Positions 52,701 to 64,000 of a stretch of DNA of 64,000 bases are shown piece by piece (the stretch's first letter is position 1; the number at the start of each line of letters is the position of its first letter). A model generated the notes under the pieces. That model saw only the letters and a program-made list of their open reading frames with translations, made no database searches and was not told the DNA's origin. The translations under genes and the position numbers were made by a program. The DNA is from Auanema rhodensis (Eukaryota > Animalia > Nematoda). The DNA is taken from positions 19,220,001 through 19,284,000 of the forward strand of contig OZ059896.1 of NCBI GenBank assembly GCA_964057225.1, given 5' to 3'.

Positions 52701-55700
52701 TAGCAAAAAGTAGATGTTTTTAGATTTCTTTTTTCAAGGCAAAGACGATGGACAATGTTATTCAACGAAAAAAATAATTCTTTAGGGTGAAAATCGAGGA
52801 TATAAGTGTGAACTTATATCAGTTGATATCTCGGTGCATTTTTAAGCTAGCGCAAATCTGATAACACAGATCGACGCAGCTTAAAAATCCGCATCGAATG
52901 CACTATACTACATTGAGAAACGCTTAATACAAAAATTAGTTATGATCGTTTGAAAAATGATGCAATAGTGTATGTTGAGTTTCCATGTACACTCAACATT
53001 GCTTCCAAAAACATTTTGACAAAAATTTTTTCGAAAAATTTCAAAATAATTTAGCAAAAAGTAGATGTTTTTAGATTCTTTTTTTCAAGGCAAAGACGAT
53101 GGACAATGTTATTCAACGAAAAAAATAATTCTTTAGGGTGAAAATCGAGGATATAAGTGTGAACTTATATCAGTTGATATCTCGGTGCATTTTTAAGCTA
53201 GCGCAAATCTGATAACACAGATCGACGCAGCTTAAAAATCCGCATCGAATGCACTATACTACATTGAGAAACGCTTAATACAAGAATTAGTTATGATCGT
53301 TTGAAAAATGATGCATTAGTGTATGTTGAGTTTCCATGTACACTCAACATTGCTTCCAAAAACATTTTGACAAAAATTTTTTCGAAAAATTTCAAAATAA
53401 TTTAGCAAAAAGTAGATGTTTTTGGATTCCTTTTTTCAAGGCAAAGACGATGGACAATGTTATTCAACGAAAAAAATAATTCTTTAGGGTGAAAATCGAG
53501 GATATAAGTGTGAACTTATATCAGTTGATATCTCGGTGCATTTTTAAGCTAGCGCAAATCTGATAACACAGATCGACGCAGCTTAAAAATCCGCATCGAA
53601 TGCACTATACTACATTGAGAAACGCTTAATACAAAAATTAGTTATGATCGTTTGAAAAATGATGCATTAGTGTATGTTGAGTTTCCATGTACACTCAACA
53701 TTGCTTCCAAAAACATTTTGACAAAACTTTTTTCGAAAAATTTCAAAATAATTTAGCAAAAAGTAGATGTTTTTAGATTTCTTTTTTCAAGGCAAAGACG
53801 ATGGACAATGTTATTCAACGAAAAAAATAATTCTTTAGGGTGAAAATCGAGGATATAAGTGTGAACTTATATCAGTTGATATCTCGGTGCATTTTTAAGC
53901 TAGCGCAAATCTGATAACACAGATCGACGCAGCTTAAAAATCCGCATCGAATGCACTATACTACATTGAGAAACGCTTAATACAAAAATTAGTTATGATC
54001 GTTTGAAAAATGATGCAATAGTGTATGTTGAGTTTCCATGTACACTCAACATTGCTTCCAAAAACATTTTGACAAAAATTTTTTCGAAAAATTTCAAAAT
54101 AATTTAGCAAAAAGTAGATGTTTTTAGATTCTTTTTTTCAAGGCAAAGACGATGGACAATGTTATTCAACGAAAAAAATAATTCTTTAGGGTGAAAATCG
54201 AGGATATAAGTGTGAACTTATATCAGTTGATATCTCGGTGCATTTTTAAGCTAGCGCAAATCTGATAACACAGATCGACGCAGCTTAAAAATCCGCATCG
54301 AATGCACTATACTACATTGAGAAACGCTTAATACAAGAATTAGTTATGATCGTTTGAAAAATGATGCATTAGTGTATGTTGAGTTTCCATGTACACTCAA
54401 CATTGCTTCCAAAAACATTTTGACAAAAATTTTTTCGAACAATTTCAAAATAATTTAGCAAAAAGTAGATGTTTTTGGATTCCTTTTTTCAAGGCAAAGA
54501 CGATGGACAATGTTATTCAACGAAAAAATTAATTCTTTAGGGTGAAAATCGAGGATATAAGTGTGAACTTATATCAGTTGATATCTCGGTGCATTTTTAA
54601 GCTAGCGCAAATCTGATAACACAGATCGACGCAGCTTAAAAATCCGCATCGAATGCACTATACTACATTGAGAAACGCTTAATACAAAACTTAGTTATGA
54701 TCGTTTGAAAAATGATGCATTAGTGTATGTTGAGTTTCCATGTACACTCAACATTGCTTCCAAAAACATTTTGACAAAAATTTTTTCGAAAAATTTCAAA
54801 ATAATTTAGCAAAAAGTAGATGTTTTTAGATTCCTTTTTTCAAGGCAAAGACGATGGACAATGTTATTCAACGAAAAAATTAATTCTTCAGGGTGAAAAT
54901 CGAGGATATAAGTGTAAACTTATATCAGTTGATATCTCGGTGCATTTTTAAGCTAGCGCAAATCTGATAACACAGATCGACGCAGCTTAAAAATCCGCAT
55001 CGAATGCACTTTACTACATTGAGAAACGCTTAATACAAAAATTAGTTATGATCGTTTGAAAAATGATGCATTAGTGTATGTTGAGTTTCCATGTACACTC
55101 AACATTGCTTCCAAAAACATTTTGACAAAAATTTTTTCGAAAAATTTCAAAATAATTTAGCAAAAAGTAGATGTTTTTAGATTCTTTTTTTCAAGGCAAA
55201 GACGATGGACAATGTTGTTCAACGAAAAAATTAATTCTTCAGGGTGAAAATCGAGGATATAAGTGTGAACTTATATCAGTTGATATCTCGGTGCATTTTT
55301 AAGCTAGCGCAAATCTGATAACACAGATCGACGCAGCTTAAAAATCCGCATCGAATGCACTATACTACATTGAGAAACGCTTAATACAAGAATTAGTTAT
55401 GATCGTTTGAAAAATGATGCATTAGTGTATGTTGAGTTTCCATGTACACTCAACATTGCTTCCAAAAACATTTTGACAAAAATTTTTTCGAAAAATTTCA
55501 AAATAATTTAGCAAAAAGTAGATGTTTTTAGATTCCTTTTTTCAAGGCAAAGACGATGGACAATGTTATTCAACGAAAAAATTAATTCTTCAGGGTGAAA
55601 ATCGAGGATATAAGTGTGAACTTATACCAGTTGATATCTCGGTGCATTTTTAAGCTAGCGCAAATCTGATAACACAGATCGACGCAGCTTAAAAATCCGC

Positions 55701-58500
55701 ATCGAATGCACTATACTACATTGAGAAACGCTTAATACAAAAATTAGTTATGATCGTTTGAAAAATGATGCATTAGTGTATGTTGAGTTTCCATGTACAC
55801 TCAACATTGCTTCCAAAAACATTTTGACAAAACTTTTTTCGAAAAATTTCAAAATAATTTAGCAAAAAGTAGATGTTTTTAGATTTCTTTTTTCAAGGCA
55901 AAGACGATGGACAATGTTATTCAACGAAAAAAATAATTCTTTAGGGTGAAAATCGAGGATATAAGTGTGAACTTATATCAGTTGATATCTCGGTGCATTT
56001 TTAAGCTAGCGCAAATCTGATAACACAGATCGACGCAGCTTAAAAATCCGCATCGAATGCACTATACTACATTGAGAAACGCTTAATACAAAAATTAGTT
56101 ATGATCGTTTGAAAAATGATGCAATAGTGTATGTTGAGTTTCCATGTACACTCAACATTGCTTCCAAAAACATTTTGACAAAAATTTTTTCGAAAAATTT
56201 CAAAATAATTTAGCAAAAAGTAGATGTTTTTAGATTCTTTTTTTCAAGGCAAAGACGATGGACAATGTTATTCAACGAAAAAAATAATTCTTTAGGGTGA
56301 AAATCGAGGATATAAGTGTGAACTTATATCAGTTGATATCTCGGTGCATTTTTAAGCTAGCGCAAATCTGATAACACAGATCGACGCAGCTTAAAAATCC
56401 GCATCGAATGCACTATACTACATTGAGAAACGCTTAATACAAGAATTAGTTATGATCGTTTGAAAAATGATGCATTAGTGTATGTTGAGTTTCCATGTAC
56501 ACTCAACATTGCTTCCAAAAACATTTTGACAAAAATTTTTTCGAAAAATTTCAAAATAATTTAGCAAAAAGTAGATGTTTTTGGATTCCTTTTTTCAAGG
56601 CAAAGACGATGGACAATGTTATTCAACGAAAAAAATAATTCTTTAGGGTGAAAATCGAGGATATAAGTGTGAACTTATATCAGTTGATATCTCGGTGCAT
56701 TTTTAAGCTAGCGCAAATCTGATAACACAGATCGACGCAGCTTAAAAATCCGCATCGAATGCACTATACTACATTGAGAAACGCTTAATACAAAAATTAG
56801 TTATGATCGTTTGAAAAATGATGCATTAGTGTATGTTGAGTTTCCATGTACACTCAACATTGCTTCCAAAAACATTTTGACAAAACTTTTTTCGAAAAAT
56901 TTCAAAATAATTTAGCAAAAAGTAGATGTTTTTAGATTTCTTTTTTCAAGGCAAAGACGATGGACAATGTTATTCAACGAAAAAAATAATTCTTTAGGGT
57001 GAAAATCGAGGATATAAGTGTGAACTTATATCAGTTGATATCTCGGTGCATTTTTAAGCTAGCGCAAATCTGATAACACAGATCGACGCAGCTTAAAAAT
57101 CCGCATCGAATGCACTATACTACATTGAGAAACGCTTAATACAAAAATTAGTTATGATCGTTTGAAAAATGATGCAATAGTGTATGTTGAGTTTCCATGT
57201 ACACTCAACATTGCTTCCAAAAACATTTTGACAAAAATTTTTTCGAAAAATTTCAAAATAATTTAGCAAAAAGTAGATGTTTTTAGATTCTTTTTTTCAA
57301 GGCAAAGACGATGGACAATGTTATTCAACGAAAAAAATAATTCTTTAGGGTGAAAATCGAGGATATAAGTGTGAACTTATATCAGTTGATATCTCGGTGC
57401 ATTTTTAAGCTAGCGCAAATCTGATAACACAGATCGACGCAGCTTAAAAATCCGCATCGAATGCACTATACTACATTGAGAAACGCTTAATACAAGAATT
57501 AGTTATGATCGTTTGAAAAATGATGCATTAGTGTATGTTGAGTTTCCATGTACACTCAACATTGCTTCCAAAAACATTTTGACAAAAATTTTTTCGAACA
57601 ATTTCAAAATAATTTAGCAAAAAGTAGATGTTTTTGGATTCCTTTTTTCAAGGCAAAGACGATGGACAATGTTATTCAACGAAAAAATTAATTCTTTAGG
57701 GTGAAAATCGAGGATATAAGTGTGAACTTATATCAGTTGATATCTCGGTGCATTTTTAAGCTAGCGCAAATCTGATAACACAGATCGACGCAGCTTAAAA
57801 ATCCGCATCGAATGCACTATACTACATTGAGAAACGCTTAATACAAAACTTAGTTATGATCGTTTGAAAAATGATGCATTAGTGTATGTTGAGTTTCCAT
57901 GTACACTCAACATTGCTTCCAAAAACATTTTGACAAAAATTTTTTCGAAAAATTTCAAAATAATTTAGCAAAAAGTAGATGTTTTTAGATTCCTTTTTTC
58001 AAGGCAAAGACGATGGACAATGTTATTCAACGAAAAAATTAATTCTTCAGGGTGAAAATCGAGGATATAAGTGTAAACTTATATCAGTTGATATCTCGGT
58101 GCATTTTTAAGCTAGCGCAAATCTGATAACACAGATCGACGCAGCTTAAAAATCCGCATCGAATGCACTTTACTACATTGAGAAACGCTTAATACAAAAA
58201 TTAGTTATGATCGTTTGAAAAATGATGCATTAGTGTATGTTGAGTTTCCATGTACACTCAACATTGCTTCCAAAAACATTTTGACAAAAATTTTTTCGAA
58301 AAATTTCAAAATAATTTAGCAAAAAGTAGATGTTTTTAGATTCTTTTTTTCAAGGCAAAGACGATGGACAATGTTGTTCAACGAAAAAATTAATTCTTCA
58401 GGGTGAAAATCGAGGATATAAGTGTGAACTTATATCAGTTGATATCTCGGTGCATTTTTAAGCTAGCGCAAATCTGATAACACAGATCGACGCAGCTTAA
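49708..58500. repeat. Nested higher-order repeats: 3-mer inside 7-mer and 9-mer units
   Basis: GCAATAG variant at ~50505, 51559, 52963, 54016, 56121 and 57175 (3, 4, 3, 6, 3 monomers apart). CGAACAATTT at ~51980, 54437 and 57596 (7, then 9 monomers). GTGTAAACTT at ~54912 and 58071 (9 monomers). Confidence 0.85.
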
Positions 58501-61500
58501 AAATCCGCATCGAATGCACTATACTACATTGAGAAACGCTTAATACAAGAATTAGTTATGATCGTTTGAAAAATGATGCATTAGTGTATGTTGAGTTTCC
58601 ATGTACACTCAACATTGCTTCCAAAAACATTTTGACAAAAATTTTTTCGAAAAATTTCAAAATAATTTAGCAAAAAGTAGATGTTTTTAGATTCCTTTTT
58701 TCAAGGCAAAGACGATGGACAATGTTATTCAACGAAAAAATTATTTCTTCAGGGTGAAAATCGAGGATATAAGTGTGAACTTATATCAGTTGATATCTCG
58801 GTGCATTTTTAAGCTAGCGCAAATCTGATAACACAGATCGACGCAGCTTAAAAATCCGCATCGAATGCACTATACTACATTGAGAAACGCTTAATACAAG
58901 AATTAGTTATGATCGTTTGAAAAATGATGCATTAGTGTATGTTGAGTTTCCATGTACACTCAACATTGCTTCCAAAAACATTTTGACAAAAATTTTTTCG
59001 AAAAATTTCAAAATAATTTAGCAAAAAGTAGATGTTTTTAGATTCCTTTTTTCAAGGCAAAGACGATGGACAATGTTGTTCAACGAAAAAATTAATTCTT
59101 CAGGGTGAAAATCGAGGATATAAGTGTGAACTTATATCAGTTGATATCTCGGTGCATTTTTAAGCTAGCGCAAATCTGATAACACAGATCGACGCAGCTT
59201 AAAAATCCGCATCGAATGCACTATACTACATTGAGAAACGCTTAATACAAGAATTAGTTATGATCGTTTGAAAAATGATGCATTAGTGTATGTTGAGTTT
59301 CCATGTACACTCAACATTGCTTCCAAAAACATTTTGACAAAAATTTTTTCGAAAAATTTCAAAATAATTTAGCAAAAAGTAGATGTTTTTAGATTCCTTT
59401 TTTCAAGGCAAAGACGATGGACAATGTTATTCAACGAAAAAATTATTTCTTCAGGGTGAAAATCGAGGATATAAGTGTGAACTTATATCAGTTGATATCT
59501 CGGTGCATTTTTAAGCTAGCGCAAATCTGATAACACAGATCGACGCAGCTTAAAAATCCGCATCGAATGCACTATACTACATTGAGAAACGCTTAATACA
59601 AGAATTAGTTATGATCGTTTGAAAAATGATGCATTAGTGTATGTTGAGTTTCCATGTACACTCAACATTGCTTCCAAAAACATTTTGACAAAAATTTTTT
59701 CGAAAAATTTCAAAATAATTTAGCAAAAAGTAGATGTTTTTAGATTCCTTTTTTCAAGGCAAAGACGATGGACAATGTTATTCAACGAAAAAATTATTTC
59801 TTCAGGGTGAAAATCGAGGATATAAGTGTGAACTTATATCAGTTGATATCTCGGTGCATTTTTAAGCTAGCGCAAATCTGATAACACAGATCGACGCAGC
59901 TTAAAAATCCGCATCGAATGCACTATACTACATTGAGAAACGCTTAATACAAGAATTAGTTATGATCGTTTGAAAAATGATGCATTAGTGTATGTTGAGT
60001 TTCCATGTACACTCAACATTGCTTCCAAAAACATTTTGACAAAAATTTTTTCGAAAAATTTCAAAATAATTTAGCAAAAAGTAGATGTTTTTAGATTCCT
60101 TTTTTCAAGGCAAAGACGATGGACAATGTTATTCAACGAAAAAATTATTTCTTCAGGGTGAAAATCGAGGATATAAGTGTGAACTTATATCAGTTGATAT
60201 ATCGGTGCATTTTTAAGCTAGCGCAAATCTGATAACACAGATCGACGCAGCTTAAAATACCGCATCGAATGCACTATACTACATTGAGAAACGCTTAATA
60301 CAAAAATTAGTTATGATCGTTTGAAAAATGATGCATTAGTGTATGTTGAGTTTCCATGTACACTCAACATTGCTTCCAAAAACATTTCGACAAAAATTTT
60401 TTCGAAAAATTTCAAGATAATTTAGCAAAAAGTAGATGTTTTTAGATTCCTTTTTTCAAGGCAAAGACGATGGACAATGTTATTCAACGAAAAAATTAAT
60501 TCTTCAGGGTGAAAATCGAGGATATAAGTGTGAACTTATACCAGTTGATATCTCGGTGCATTTTTAAGCTAGCGCAAATCTGATAACACAGATCGACGCA
60601 GCTTAAAAATCCGCATCGAATGCACTATACTACATTGAGAAACGCTTAATACAAAAATTAGTTATGATCGTTTGAAAAATGATGCATTAGTGTATGTTGA
60701 GTTTCCATGTACACTCAACATTGCTTCCAAAAACATTTTGACAAAAATTTTTTCGAAGAATTTCAAAATAATTTAGCAAAATGTAGATGTTTTTAGATTC
60801 CTTTTTTCAAGGCAAAGACGATGGACAATGTTATTCAACGAAAAAATTAATTCTTCAGGGTGAAAATCGAGGATATAAGTGTGAACTTATATCAGTTGAT
60901 ATCTCGGTGCATTTTTAAGCTAGCGCAAATCTGATAACACAGATCGACGCAGCTTAAAAATCCGCATCGAATGCACTATACTACATTGAGAAACGCTTAA
61001 TACAAAAATTAGTTATGATCGTTTGAAAAATGATGCATTAGTGTATGTTGAGTTTCCATGTACACTCAACATTGCTTCCAAAAACATTTTGACAAAAATT
61101 TTTTCGAAAAATTTCAAAATAATTTAGCAAAAAGTAGATGTTTTTAGATTCCTTTTTTCAAGGCAAAGACGATGGACAATGTTATTCAACAAAAAAATTA
61201 ATTCTTCAGGGTGAAAATCGAGGATATAAGTGTGAACTTATATCAGTTGATATCTCGGTGCATTTTTAAGCTAGCGCAAATCTGATAACACAGATCGACG
61301 CAGCTTAAAAATCCGCATCGAATGCACTATACTACATTGAGAAACGCTTAATACAAAAATTAGTTATGATCGTTTGAAAAATGATGCATTAGTGTATGTT
61401 GAGTTTCCATGTACACTCAACATTGCTTCCAAAAACATTTTGACAAAAATTTTTTCGAAAAATTTCAAAATAATTTAGCAAAAAGTAGATGTTTTTAGAT

Positions 61501-64000
61501 TCCTTTTTTCAAGGCAAAGATGATGGACAATGTTATTCAACGAAAAAATTATTTCTTCAGGGTGAAAATCGAGGATATAAGTGTGAACTTATATCAGTTG
61601 ATATCTCGGTGCATTTTTAAGCTAGCGCAAATCTGATAACACAGATCGACGCAGCTTAAAATACCGCATCGAATGCACTATACTACATTGAGAAACGCTT
61701 AATACAAAACTTAGTTATGATCGTTTGAAAAATGATGCATTAGTGTATGTTGAGTTTCCATGTACACTCAACATTGCTTCCAAAAACATTTTGACAAAAA
61801 TTTTTTCGAAAAATTTCAAAATAATTTAGCAAAAAGTAGATGTTTTTAGATTCCTTTTTTCAAGGCAAAGACGATGGACAATGTTATTCAACGAAAAAAT
61901 TAATTCTTCAGGGTGAAAATCGAGGATATAAGTGTGAACTTATACCAGTTGATATCTCAGTGCATTTTTAAGCTAGCGCAAATCTGATAACACAGATCGA
62001 CGCAGCTTAAAAATCCGCATCGAATGCACTATACTACATTGAGAAACGCTTAATACAAGAATTAGTTATGATCGTTTGAAAAATGATGCATTAGTGTATG
62101 TTGAGTTTCCATGTACACTCAACATTGCTTCCAAAAACATTTTGACAAAAATTTTTTCGAAAAATTTCAAAATAATTTAGCAAAAAGTAGATGTTTTTAG
62201 ATTCCTTTTTTCAAGGCAAAGACGATGGACAATGTTATTCAACGAAAAAATTATTTCTTCAGGGTGAAAATCGAGGATATAAGTGTGAACTTATATCAGT
62301 TGATATATCGGTGCATTTTTAAGCTAGCGCAAATCTGATAACACAGATCGACGCAGCTTAAAATACCGCATCGAATGCACTATACTACATTGAGAAACGC
62401 TTAATACAAAAATTAGTTATGATCGTTTGAAAAATGATGCATTAGTGTATGTTGAGTTTCCATGTACACTCAACATTGCTTCCAAAAACATTTCGACAAA
62501 AATTTTTTCGAAAAATTTCAAGATAATTTAGCAAAAAGTAGATGTTTTTAGATTCCTTTTTTCAAGGCAAAGACGATGGACAATGTTATTCAACGAAAAA
62601 AATAATTCTTTAGGGTGAAAATCGAGGATATAAGTGTGAACTTATATCAGTTGATATCTCGGTGCATTTTTAAGCTAGCGAAAATCTGATAACACAGATC
62701 GACGCAGCTTAAAAATCCGCATCGAATGCACTATACTACATTGAGAAACGCTTAATACAAAAATTAGTTATGATCGTTTGAAAAATGATGCATTAGTGTA
62801 TGTTGAGTTTCCATGTACACTCAACATTGCTTCCAAAAACATTTCGACAAAAATTTTTTCGAAAAATTTCAAGATAATTTAGCGAAAAGTAGATGTTTTT
62901 AGATTCCTTTTTTCAAGGCAAAGATGATGGACAATGTTATTCAACGAAAAAAATAATTCTTTAGGGTGAAAATCGAGGATATAAGTGTGAACTTATATCA
63001 GTTGATATCTCGGTGCATTTTTAAGCTAGCGAAAATCTGATAACACAGATCGACGCAGCTTAAAAATCCGCATCGAATGCACTATACTACATTGAGAAAC
63101 GCTTAATACAAAAATTAGTTATGATCGTTTGAAAAATGATGCATTAGTGTATGTTGAGTTTCCATGTACACTCAACATTGCTTCCAAAAACATTTCGACA
63201 AAAATTTTTTCGAAAAATTTCAAGATAATTTAGCAAAAAGTAGATGTTTTTAGATTCCTTTTTTCAAGGCAAAGACGATGGACAATGTTATTCAACAAAA
63301 AAATTAATTCTTCAGGGTGAAAATCGAGGATATAAGTGTGAACTTATATCAGTTGATATCTCGGTGCATTTTTAAGCTAGCGCAAATCTGATAACACAGA
63401 TCGACGCAGCTTAAAAATCCGCATCGAATGCACTATACTACATTGAGAAACGCTTAATACAAAAATTAGTTATGATCGTTTGAAAAATGATGCATTAGTG
63501 TATGTTGAGTTTCCATGTACACTCAACATTGCTTCCAAAAACATTTTGACAAAAATTTTTTCGAAAAATTTCAAAATAATTTAGCAAAAAGTAGATGTTT
63601 TTAGATTCCTTTTTTCAAGGCAAAGATGATGGACAATGTTATTCAACGAAAAAATTAATTCTTCAGGGTGAAAATCGAGGATATAAGTGTGAACTTATAT
63701 CAGTTGATATATCGGTGCATTTTTAAGCTAGCGCAAATCTCATAACACAGATCGACGCAGCTTAAAAATCCGCATCGAATGCACTATACTACATTGAGAA
63801 ACGCTTAATACAAAAATTAGTTATGATCGTTTGAAAAATGATGCATTAGTGTATGTTGAGTTTCCATGTACACTCAACATTGCTTCCAAAAACATTTCGA
63901 CAAAAATTTTTTCGAAAAATTTCAAGATAATTTAGCAAAAAGTAGATGTTTTTAGATTCCTTTTTTCAAGGCAAAGACGATGGACAATGTTATTCAACAA

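Larger units (their letters stand above)
35755..64000. repeat. 351-bp tandem satellite array, right part (rest of the interrupted monomer, 79 monomers and a partial one)
   Basis: Satellite resumes at AAT-GATGCATTAG. The next monomer starts at 36017 (31591+4426), so phase is preserved. Later starts at 57781 and 63748 fit the 351 period with a net +2 from four small indels in 43.9-48.2 kb. Confidence 0.99.

Noticed and set aside
1-64000. Naming the species or calling the array a functional centromere
   Set aside because: The monomer was not recognised with confidence, and centromere function needs chromatin data.

Overview
About 93% of this window is a highly homogeneous, AT-rich tandem satellite with a 351-bp monomer (about 170 copies, head-to-tail). 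It is interrupted once, inside the 90th monomer, by a 4,426-bp DIRS1-type tyrosine-recombinase retrotransposon on the minus strand (31329-35757 including both AAT junction copies). The element has 146-bp perfect inverted terminal repeats, a ~35-bp 3' extension, and an internal complementary region that spells out the circle junction. One 940-aa ORF fuses a Gag-like region with RT, RNase H and a Dam-like methyltransferase. An overlapping tyrosine recombinase is split by a single frameshift between its catalytic Arg and its His-x-x-Arg/Trp/Tyr residues. Integration occurred by a clean crossover at a shared AAT trinucleotide with no loss of satellite sequence. The satellite monomer is rich in dyad symmetries, and the array shows local higher-order duplications (2-, 3-, 7-, 8-, 9- and ~13-mers) and a regional variant domain. 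The host is eukaryotic; the species cannot be determined from this window.
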